Shown piece by piece: positions 9,227-17,203 of a stretch of DNA of 64,000 nt. This DNA is from a virus: the IMG/VR virus record IMGVR_UViG_3300026430_000265, positions 2,771-66,770 of that record. One strand, given 5' to 3'. The notes below the pieces were generated by a model that was given only the letters and a program-made list of their open reading frames with translations, was not told the DNA's origin and did not search any database. A program made the translations under genes and the position numbers. Position 1 is the first letter of the stretch. Each line of letters opens with the position of its first letter.

Positions 9227-9673
9227 ATGGAAATGCCGTTTTACCTCGTGGAGTACGATCCCGTGTCTGGCGAGATTCTTGCCTTTCACAACCCTGTGAC
9301 GGGTAAGCCTGACACAGAGCATGTGATCGAACTGGACATTAGCACCAAGGAAGAAGTTGGCGCACGCCCACATCGCTATCGGATCATCGACGGGAAGCTC
9401 CATGAGACGTCCGTGCATGATGTGGAGCCCGTGCCTGTTCGCCCTGATGTGGCCTCGCAGATCGTTGCTGGCCTTGTCGTGAACGATGTGTGCTACTCGC
9501 TGGAGCCTAGTGCTCTGGCGGTACTCCAGCTTGACCTCGCCAGCAACGTCAAGCAAGTCCGTGCGATTGCCTACGTACCCGGCGGCTTCAAGCTCGTGGA
9601 ACTCTCCAAGGAGGATGCCAAGAAAGTGGCGACAGCGATCGGGGACCACCTCGTCTCTCTCCATTGTGGATAA
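9227..9673 (+). CDS. Putative fibre assembly chaperone
   Basis: 148 aa; AAGGAGG RBS; follows a fibre gene; YD-x2-SGEI N-terminus and helical C-terminus as in tail-fibre chaperones. Confidence 0.5.
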   Translation: MEMPFYLVEYDPVSGEILAFHNPVTGKPDTEHVIELDISTKEEVGARPHRYRIIDGKLHETSVHDVEPVPVRPDVASQIVAGLVVNDVCYSLEPSALAVLQLDLASNVKQVRAIAYVPGGFKLVELSKEDAKKVATAIGDHLVSLHCG

Positions 9674-9704
9674 TTTAGACGCAGTGTAAATCGAGGTGAA
9701 TCCC

Positions 9705-10532
9705 ATGGTCCTGCCGATTGCAAGACTCATTCAGGCAGCGCAAGTCCGAGGCCTGACTGACTCTAATCCCGTGCTGCTTACCACAGACGGGCCAAGCAAA
9801 ACCCGCATCAACATCATCGTGAGCAAGGTGGAGCCGATTGAAGTCGTGGCTCCACTGGACCTCATCTGGATCGACCCGAGTACGTCAACGGCACTGCGCC
9901 GTGTCAACCGCGGTGCGAGTGCAAACCACACGCATACGTGGACTGCGGCAACGGAGTCCAACTTCTGGAACGCGCAGATGTGGGACGAGCCTCGTCCTAG
10001 CGATCAGGACTTCCAAGAACTGAATCGCAACATCGGCAACACGCACGACTTGACGGCATTCGACCTGGGTGCATTCGATGCAACTGGCGGCCGCTTCACT
10101 GGGCCTGTGTACCCACGCACTCTTGGAACAAGCGAGGACTACGCGGCTGATGAAGCCGTGCCTCGTTCGTTCGTTGAGAAGCTGACGTCCGCTGCTCAGT
10201 CGCTCGCAGCATCCGTGTACCAACAGCTTACCAGTGTGCGCAACTCGGTGCGTGCCCTGGGTACCCGTACAACTACCGTTGAGAACAAGGTGAAAGCCCT
10301 TGAGCTTGGCGGCGGTGACGGTGTTCCAAAGTTTCTGCACACGCAGGAAGATGAGGACCTGGAGTGGCTGATCGCTCACGACCTAGGTACTGAGAACCTC
10401 ATCATCGCAGTCGCGTTGCCCAACGGGGATTACATGATTCCCGCTGAGCAAATCCCTCTGGACGGCAACAATGTCCGCATCACATTCGCCGCTCCACGCT
10501 CCGGCACTGCGGCGATCATTGGCATAAGGTAA
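9705..10532 (+). CDS. Virion structural protein with coiled coil and C-terminal W-x-I-x-H-x-L module
   Basis: GAGGT RBS 7 nt before ATG 9705 (alternative GTG 9696); GGRFTGPV fibre motif, heptad segment, terminal EWLIAHDLG..NNVRITFAAPRSGTA module. Confidence 0.65.
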   Translation: MVLPIARLIQAAQVRGLTDSNPVLLTTDGPSKTRINIIVSKVEPIEVVAPLDLIWIDPSTSTALRRVNRGASANHTHTWTAATESNFWNAQMWDEPRPSDQDFQELNRNIGNTHDLTAFDLGAFDATGGRFTGPVYPRTLGTSEDYAADEAVPRSFVEKLTSAAQSLAASVYQQLTSVRNSVRALGTRTTTVENKVKALELGGGDGVPKFLHTQEDEDLEWLIAHDLGTENLIIAVALPNGDYMIPAEQIPLDGNNVRITFAAPRSGTAAIIGIR

Positions 10533-10537
10533 ACACC

Positions 10538-11392
10538 ATGAAAGGGCTCTGGGCACTTGCCTCGCTAATTTACTGCCTAACGGTAGATGCCCAAAGCCTA
10601 CTGGTTGTGCAGTCCGCAACGGTTCACGATCTGTATGGTAACTCCATTGTAGCCCAACTCCTTGCAGTCGAGCGCGAGCCTCACATCTTCGTGTTCAACG
10701 CCCGTCGGTTTACCTACGACACTTCCGCGTACTCCAGGGAGAGTTTGAAGCGCGTACTGAAAGCCGCTGTCGAGCGCAGCAAGCCGAGTTTGATTCTCTA
10801 TCTCGGTGAACCTGAGTTCGATACTGGCTTCCCATCGAAGTACAGCTCGGTGCTTATCGGTGCAGACAGCTTCAACACGGTAGCCCTCAAGGCTGCCAGC
10901 AGTTACAACGAAAAGTGGGCAAAGACCTACATCGTCACGGACAGTTCAGCGCTCGCAACGCTACGCCTGATCGAGTTAAAAACTCGTCTGGAAGGACTGG
11001 ACGTGGAAATCCACACCGTAAACACCGTACTTGAATACCGCAAGTTGTTGCTCGATCTCCAGAAAGAAGCCGTCGGCACAATCGTGATGAACGTCTTCGG
11101 ACTGAAAGATGAATGGAACAATACGGTCGGATACGCCGAGCTAGAGAAGATCATGGTAGCTACGAACAGGCGCCACATTGACGTCGGCATCTGCCGTAGC
11201 GGGTTTAAGACTGCGCTGGCGGTTGGCCCAACTCCAAAAGAAGCGGCGTCACTCGCAATAGCGTCGTACAACAAACCACTAAACCTCCACATCAGCTCGT
11301 GTGCCAACCTGTCACGACTCAAGTCCAAGCCCAGCTGGCTTTCGTTGTACAGGAAGTCGATGGGGAAATTTGATATCGTGGAGGGAGGCTAA
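10538..11392 (+). CDS. Secreted periplasmic-binding-protein-like (ABC substrate-binding / sensor domain) protein
   Basis: N-terminal signal peptide MKGLWALASLIYCLTVDAQ; alpha/beta pattern LLVVQS..KPSLILYLG..YIVTDSS..TVNTVLEYRKLL..LKDEWN matching ABC_sub_bind-type domains, by eye. Confidence 0.5.
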   Translation: MKGLWALASLIYCLTVDAQSLLVVQSATVHDLYGNSIVAQLLAVEREPHIFVFNARRFTYDTSAYSRESLKRVLKAAVERSKPSLILYLGEPEFDTGFPSKYSSVLIGADSFNTVALKAASSYNEKWAKTYIVTDSSALATLRLIELKTRLEGLDVEIHTVNTVLEYRKLLLDLQKEAVGTIVMNVFGLKDEWNNTVGYAELEKIMVATNRRHIDVGICRSGFKTALAVGPTPKEAASLAIASYNKPLNLHISSCANLSRLKSKPSWLSLYRKSMGKFDIVEGG

Positions 11393-11673
11393 TGGTAATC
11401 AACCATTCACGGATTTCTAGAGTGCTGATACTCGTCCTGGTCGCGGTAATGCTTTACGTTCTCTGGACGTACGGCTATCGCAATCCAAGTCGAGAGTCTG
11501 TGGTCTATTCAACACTCGCCTGCGTGCGGTCAGTTTGCACCGAGAGCCCTACGACTGGAGACCTGTGCTCCATGACTGAGCCTCGTGTGTCAGAAATCCT
11601 GATTGAGTCCGATCCGGAGAGTCCTAACATCAAGGCAATCCGAGTGATACCGAGCGATGACAAATGCCAATGA
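11392..11673 (+). CDS. Small bitopic membrane protein with a 4-Cys extracytoplasmic domain
   Basis: 93 aa; TM segment VLILVLVAVMLYVLWTYG; four Cys downstream; TAATG overlap with the previous gene. Confidence 0.65.
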   Translation: MVINHSRISRVLILVLVAVMLYVLWTYGYRNPSRESVVYSTLACVRSVCTESPTTGDLCSMTEPRVSEILIESDPESPNIKAIRVIPSDDKCQ

Positions 11674-11682
11674 GGCTGCTCA

Positions 11683-12237
11683 ATGGACGCCATACAAACC
11701 ATTTTCAGTAGCCCTCTGCCGGTTGCGATTGCGGCAGTGATCGCCATTGCGTGCTTGCTGGGCTACTGGTTCTTCGTCATTCCTCAGCAAGAGGAAATGA
11801 AGCTGCTTCGTGCTGCAAACACGGAGCTTCAAAAGAGAATGGGTGATGAGTTTGACCTGCAAAAGGCGAACGTCCAGAAGTTCATGCAGGAGCTAACGAC
11901 TAGCCTGCAGAGCCAGCAGAACATCACCGAGTTAGTGAACGTGGTCGCGCAATTGCGTGCGGCCGTCGAGCAACAATCAACCCTGTTGAGCGGGAGCCTT
12001 GAAAAGGTCTTCCACGAGGTGCAGGACGCACTGCGCAAACTCGACTCGACACTTGACAATTCCTCTGAGGACATTGGTCGTAAGAATGATAACATCCAGC
12101 GAGAAGTCGAACGCCTCAGCCGCCTGCTTGAGTCTCTGGCTCGTCAGGTTGCTGAAATCAGCGACAAGCAATCGCAAGTCGCCGGCGTACTCACTGGCAT
12201 GTCCATAGCCAAGACCATGCAGAACAGAGGTTTGTAG
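11683..12237 (+). CDS. Membrane-anchored coiled-coil protein
   Basis: 184 aa; TM LPVAIAAVIAIACLLGYWFFVI followed by ~140 aa of heptad repeats; GAGG RBS. Confidence 0.7.
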   Translation: MDAIQTIFSSPLPVAIAAVIAIACLLGYWFFVIPQQEEMKLLRAANTELQKRMGDEFDLQKANVQKFMQELTTSLQSQQNITELVNVVAQLRAAVEQQSTLLSGSLEKVFHEVQDALRKLDSTLDNSSEDIGRKNDNIQREVERLSRLLESLARQVAEISDKQSQVAGVLTGMSIAKTMQNRGL

Positions 12238-12248
12238 GAATTGCACCC

Positions 12249-13040
12249 ATGGCCTACGTGCTTAACAACATACGCTTTCGTTCTGTGAGTTCTAAGGCTT
12301 TGGAGCGCTACTACAACTCCAAGTCATTCATCCTGACTGAGTTGATCGACGAACGGAAGCAGTTTAGCCAGGTCGCCCGCGAAATCCAGTTGCTGTTCTT
12401 CAACAGCTACTCTGACTGGGCTACCAAGGTGGAAAGCCTGCTGCTCAATCGCAACACCGTGGATGAATCGGACATCCAGATAATCTTCCAGCGTTTTGGT
12501 GAGATTATCAACTCGAACAAGCACATCTTCAAAATCCACAGCGACGTGTTCCTGCCTCAGTTCCTTGAGGTATGGGGCGCGGTGCATAAGCACATCCCGA
12601 ACAACTTCAAGCGTCGGGTCCGTGCTACTGTGGGTATGTCGCACCTTGAGGCCTATCCGAAGATCATCGAGGCCTTAGTAGGAGCATTGCAGTCGACCCT
12701 GTTTGAACTCTACGAGGTCGACTGCCTGCTTGGTTCCAACTTGGTGCCCAAGACGATCACGTCGAACCGAAGTCAGGTTGATAGCCTGATCACGTACATC
12801 GGCGTGGACGACCTTGAGTATTACAAGAAGACCAACATCTTCATCGTCAAGGAACGACTCACGCATTACCTCGACAAGGTCTTGCTACCTGATATCGTTG
12901 TCCCAGTGGTCATCAAAAACTACACGGATGACGATATTGCGTTGAAGAACGGAGTTGTCGTTGGCGATCAGCCTCTTGGGAGGTTGCTCACCGAGCTGCA
13001 ATCCAACCCTCGTATCCAAATCGTAGAGATCGCTTCCTGA
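12249..13040 (+). CDS. Hypothetical protein
   Basis: 263-aa helical ORF in operon context with an AGGA RBS. Confidence 0.7.
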   Translation: MAYVLNNIRFRSVSSKALERYYNSKSFILTELIDERKQFSQVAREIQLLFFNSYSDWATKVESLLLNRNTVDESDIQIIFQRFGEIINSNKHIFKIHSDVFLPQFLEVWGAVHKHIPNNFKRRVRATVGMSHLEAYPKIIEALVGALQSTLFELYEVDCLLGSNLVPKTITSNRSQVDSLITYIGVDDLEYYKKTNIFIVKERLTHYLDKVLLPDIVVPVVIKNYTDDDIALKNGVVVGDQPLGRLLTELQSNPRIQIVEIAS

Positions 13041-13055
13041 TCCTGGAGTATTTTC

Positions 13056-14750
13056 ATGCTGAAAAATGGTAACCTCACCCTGCTTGGTGAGATTCGTGGC
13101 CTCAAGCCGCAGCGTCTCACCAGTGATCCGGCAGCCGAAGACCTGAAGGTAGGTCTGGTTTGGGTCAACACCACCGACAAAGCTCTGCGCTGGTACGATG
13201 GTGAAGAGGTCCTGACCGTCGCCTCCGGTGGCAATCTCGACAACTACCTGTCGCTCGACGGCGGTACCCTGACCGGCCCTCTGATCCTGAGTGGCCCAGG
13301 CACCGAAGACCTGAACCCTGCCAGCTTCAAGCAACTGACCGATGGTCTGGGTGCCAAGCAGGATGAAATCACCGGTGCTGCTTCGACCGTTGCAACTCTG
13401 GACCTGGCTCCAAGCGTTGTTGTCGTGTCCGATGCTGACGGCAAGATCACTGGCAGCGCGACTGTCAACGTCGAAGAACTGGGCTACCTGGACGGCGTCA
13501 CTTCTGCCATTCAGGGCCAGATCGACGGCAAACAAGCTGAGTTGGGCTTTACTCCGCTGAACAAAGCTGGCGATGCCATCAACGGCAACCTGAACTTCGG
13601 CGGCACCAACACCGCGAAGAACCTGGCGGCTCCAGTTGATCCGACTGACCCTGTTCGTCTGATCGACATTGACAACCTGAAAGCTGACCTGGACTTCCAA
13701 GCGGACGTTCTGGCTACTCAGGTTGACGCCAGCACCATCCCTGACCTGAGCAACACTCTGCCTGACAACGCTGTTCGCTATATCATCACCGATGCAGACG
13801 CACTCGACTCGGGCTTCGGCACCATCGCCGGTCTGGAAGATGGTGACATTGTTCAGAAGGACGGCGCCAGCTTCAAAGTCGTGTACGACGTGAGCGAGCG
13901 TGGTCCTGGCGTTCTGGTCTGGGACCGCAACGCTGTCAAGTTCATGAAGTTCAACGGTACCAACTGGAGCGAGCATGGCGGCCTGAGCGGCGTCACTGTT
14001 TCGGCTGGCCTGTTGAAAGAAGGCAACACCATCAGCGTCAAGTTCGGTGCTGGTGTGACCAACCTGCCTGATGGCGAAGTCGGTATCGACGTTGGTACTA
14101 CTGGCGGTCTGGCTCTGGTTGATCCGACCTCTGGCGCTGCTTCGACCGAAGAAGACGCTGTGCTGGCACTGAAACTGAAAGCCTCCAGCGGCCTGGCCGT
14201 TTCGGCTGACGGTGTGTCCATCGCTGACGAAGGCGTGACTGCTCGTACCATCGCTGCCGCTGCACTGGGTAACGGTCTGCAAGGCGGTGCCGGTACTGCG
14301 CTGAGCGTCAAGCTCGACGGCGCTACCCTGTCGCTGGGTGCTGCTGGTCTGAAAGTTGGTGACCTGAGCGATACCTACCTGAGCCTTGCAGAAGGCGGCG
14401 CTGTTACTGGCGACGTCACTGTTCCTGCTCCGGCTGGCGACAACAGCATCGCGAACCGTAAGTCGGTGACCGATATCACTGGCCCTCTGGCTGACCGCAT
14501 CGACACGCTGGAAGCTGGCGCCGGTGCAAGTCAAGTAGTGTTCGACGGCACCACTGGTGCTGCACAGGACACCTACAGCATCAACCACGGTCTGAACTAC
14601 CGTTGGGCAACTGTCGCTGTATACGACGAAACCTTCACGCAGATTCTGCCTGACAACGTTACCCTGACTGACGCCAACAACCTGGTCGTCACTCTGGCCG
14701 TTGCTCAGAAGGTGTACATCGTTATCAACGGCAAGAAGGTAGCGGCATAA
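13056..14750 (+). CDS. Abundant virion structural/fibre protein
   Basis: 564 aa; strongly biased C-ending codons suggesting high expression; fibre motifs LSLDGGTLTG, FTPLNKAGD, NLAAPVDPTD; Gly/Ala-rich middle; terminal YSINHGL module. Confidence 0.75.
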   Translation: MLKNGNLTLLGEIRGLKPQRLTSDPAAEDLKVGLVWVNTTDKALRWYDGEEVLTVASGGNLDNYLSLDGGTLTGPLILSGPGTEDLNPASFKQLTDGLGAKQDEITGAASTVATLDLAPSVVVVSDADGKITGSATVNVEELGYLDGVTSAIQGQIDGKQAELGFTPLNKAGDAINGNLNFGGTNTAKNLAAPVDPTDPVRLIDIDNLKADLDFQADVLATQVDASTIPDLSNTLPDNAVRYIITDADALDSGFGTIAGLEDGDIVQKDGASFKVVYDVSERGPGVLVWDRNAVKFMKFNGTNWSEHGGLSGVTVSAGLLKEGNTISVKFGAGVTNLPDGEVGIDVGTTGGLALVDPTSGAASTEEDAVLALKLKASSGLAVSADGVSIADEGVTARTIAAAALGNGLQGGAGTALSVKLDGATLSLGAAGLKVGDLSDTYLSLAEGGAVTGDVTVPAPAGDNSIANRKSVTDITGPLADRIDTLEAGAGASQVVFDGTTGAAQDTYSINHGLNYRWATVAVYDETFTQILPDNVTLTDANNLVVTLAVAQKVYIVINGKKVAA

Positions 14751-14762
14751 TCAGGAGGCTTC

Positions 14763-15362
14763 ATGAAAATCAACGGCCACTTCGATCTTCAGGGCAACCT
14801 CCTGAAGAACGTAACGTTGGAACCCGTTGAATCTTGGCCGTCTGAACCGAAACCGGGCACGTTCATTTTCATGAACCGGCGGATTTTTATCTGCTTGGAG
14901 ATTGCGAATGGCGTGCCAGCTTGGCTGCCTATGAGTACCGAACTACAGACTCACGTCCATGACCAGTTTGTAGCTTCGGCCACTTGGGAAATCGACCACG
15001 CCCTGCAGACCGCAGGGTGTATCGTTCAGGTAGTCAGCGGTGACAACAAGGCGATTGAGTTCGACGAGGTTGACTTCAAATTCAACCACGCCACAATCAG
15101 CTTCGCTCAACCGCAAGCAGGTCGTGCCATCCTCATCATGGGTGCCACCGAAGGACTGCCGCGTGCGCAAGTCGCATACGAGCAGAACTTCCAGGATCAG
15201 CAAGTGTGGGTCATCAACCACCAGCTGGGCTATACGCCGATCATCCGCTGCTTCGTCGGGAACATGGAAATCCAACCAGTGACGCTTGTTCACTCGGAGG
15301 ATATGCTCTCTGCAACCGCAACTTTCAATAGCCCAGTCACGGGCAAGGCGCGGTGCATATGA
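14763..15362 (+). CDS. Virion structural protein with two W-x-I-x-H-x-L modules
   Basis: 199 aa; TWEIDHALQ..FAQPQAGRA and VWVINHQLG..FNSPVTGKA; GGAGG RBS. Confidence 0.7.
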   Translation: MKINGHFDLQGNLLKNVTLEPVESWPSEPKPGTFIFMNRRIFICLEIANGVPAWLPMSTELQTHVHDQFVASATWEIDHALQTAGCIVQVVSGDNKAIEFDEVDFKFNHATISFAQPQAGRAILIMGATEGLPRAQVAYEQNFQDQQVWVINHQLGYTPIIRCFVGNMEIQPVTLVHSEDMLSATATFNSPVTGKARCI

Positions 15363-15571
15363 GTGTCCGTTACGAGCACCAGCAACTAGAGCCGGCTTCC
15401 ACCTGGATTGTTCGGCATAATTTATTCACCAGAGCCCCAGTGGTGGATGCGTATGTGGAGATTGACGGCGTGGTTCAAAAGATCCTGCCGAAGGCTGTCA
15501 AGCCTGTATCTCTGACTGAGTGTCACATCGAGTGGTCAGTCCCGCGTGCGGGCCGAGCAGGAGTAGCCTAA
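15359..15571 (+). CDS. 70-aa stand-alone W-x-V-x-H-N-L module protein
   Basis: ATGA overlap with the previous gene; STWIVRHNLFTRAPVV..WSVPRAGRA. Confidence 0.75.
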   Translation: MSVRYEHQQLEPASTWIVRHNLFTRAPVVDAYVEIDGVVQKILPKAVKPVSLTECHIEWSVPRAGRAGVA

Positions 15572-16131
15572 TGATCGCTGACGGATTGCAACTTGTCGCC
15601 GGTTCGGGCCTCTCTATTCAGATGCTCGACGATGCGCGCCGAGGGCCTCAGTTCCCTTCGAGTCCTACAGACGGCTCGCTGTGGGAACTCACGGAAGTCT
15701 CGGGAAACTTCATCCCGGGAATCTACGAGTTCCATCAGGGTTGGAATCTTCGCAACCCTGCGCACAGCGCGTTGTCCTACGACTTGTCGGGTACTGTACT
15801 CGGTAAGCCTGACCCTTCTGCCAAAGTGCTGTATGTGGTCGCTTCCAGGACTTTCTATCTGCAAGGATCGCTGGCTGGTGCCATTGCGTATGCGCTGCAA
15901 GCCTCTGGTTCGCAGCAAGACTTTAGCGTCGGCATCACGCGCAAATCGGAGTTTATCCCCGTAGGCACTATCCGCTTTAAAGCCTTCGTGGAAGAAGCTG
16001 AGTTTGTTCCTGCTACGACCGACCCAATTCGGGTTGAGCGTGGCGACATCCTCATCATCACAGCTCCGGACCTCGTGGATTCCACGATTGCGGACATTTC
16101 GATCACCTTGTGTGGTTACCTATCAGTGTAA
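15571..16131 (+). CDS. Virion structural protein
   Basis: TAATG coupling at 15571 is preferred to the 15520 start; C-terminal GTIRF..RGDILIITAPD..DSTIADISITL resembles a phage structural domain. Confidence 0.65.
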   Translation: MIADGLQLVAGSGLSIQMLDDARRGPQFPSSPTDGSLWELTEVSGNFIPGIYEFHQGWNLRNPAHSALSYDLSGTVLGKPDPSAKVLYVVASRTFYLQGSLAGAIAYALQASGSQQDFSVGITRKSEFIPVGTIRFKAFVEEAEFVPATTDPIRVERGDILIITAPDLVDSTIADISITLCGYLSV

Positions 16132-16143
16132 CGGAGAAACAAC

Positions 16144-17139
16144 ATGGCTGGTAAGATTTACAAGAAGTCCAAACTGCAAGGTCTCGATCAGTTCGCGACC
16201 GCACTGTTCGCCGACCTGAAAAGCGCGGGTCTGACTCAGGTTCTGCCGGCTTCGGGCCAGAACTTCTCTGTCACCAGTGGTGCAGGCAAGTTCGTCTTCG
16301 ACTCTTCGGCGGGCGTCAACCCACTGAACGAAACCCAACCATGGCGTCTGCTGCTCGACCTGTCGGGCGCTACTGCTGGTGCGGGCAAGATCAAGATGGC
16401 AATTGCCAACCCACAGCAGATCACCACTGCGGGTGCCGTCACCTCGTTCCCAGGTTCGGGCGTAGATATCAATGGTACTCGTGTCATGGGTCAGCTGGGT
16501 ACTTCCTGGACCAAACCGCAGCCTGTGATCGGCGACACCTTCATCAACCGTGACGTGCAGAACAGCGGCTACGACCTGGGTACTACCCTGTCCTACCTGC
16601 TGGTAGCCACCCCACGCGGTATCACCCTGTTCGTCTGGGAAGATGCTTCCGACGCCAACCCGCGTTACAGCTTCTTCAACGTCCAAGTTCCTGTGAACAA
16701 GGACACCGGTGTCGCCCTGATCACCGACAACTCGCCGATCTTCGTGGTCTACGAGTGCGATACCTCGGGCCCGATGAAGTTCGTTGTCAACGAGAAGGAC
16801 GTCTTCCGTCCATCCATCAGCAAGCCGGCTGACGCCGACTCGGTGAACAGCGCGGCGATCCTGAACAGTCAGGATCAGGTTGCAATCGCCAAGGGTAACA
16901 AGTACCTGGTGACCTTCCCGAACCGTCTGAACACCGACCGTTACGCTTACACCGAGGAACTCGACCTGTTCGCGTACACCTCGGCTGACGTGATCGGCGA
17001 AGAATCGGAAATCCCGGTTCGCGTCTACGGTGAGACTTCGGATCGTATCTACCGCGCGATGAAGGCCAACAAGCCGAACAACGCCGGCATGCGTCTGCTG
17101 CTCCTCGTGTCGGGTGGCGGTGTACCTGAAGCCGTCTAA
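16144..17139 (+). CDS. Abundant virion structural protein
   Basis: 331 aa; GGAG RBS; strong high-expression codon bias; followed by a terminator. Confidence 0.7.
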   Translation: MAGKIYKKSKLQGLDQFATALFADLKSAGLTQVLPASGQNFSVTSGAGKFVFDSSAGVNPLNETQPWRLLLDLSGATAGAGKIKMAIANPQQITTAGAVTSFPGSGVDINGTRVMGQLGTSWTKPQPVIGDTFINRDVQNSGYDLGTTLSYLLVATPRGITLFVWEDASDANPRYSFFNVQVPVNKDTGVALITDNSPIFVVYECDTSGPMKFVVNEKDVFRPSISKPADADSVNSAAILNSQDQVAIAKGNKYLVTFPNRLNTDRYAYTEELDLFAYTSADVIGEESEIPVRVYGETSDRIYRAMKANKPNNAGMRLLLLVSGGGVPEAV

Positions 17140-17152
17140 TTCGGCATTCACT

Positions 17153-17184
17153 GGGGGCTAAAGACTATCTTTAGCTCCCTTTTT
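17153..17184 (+). terminator. Rho-independent terminator
   Basis: GGGGGCTAAAGA-CTA-TCTTTAGCTCCC-TTTTT: 12-bp stem with one G.U pair, then U5. Confidence 0.85.
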
Positions 17185-17203
17185 CGTTTCCACGGAGCCG
17201 CCC

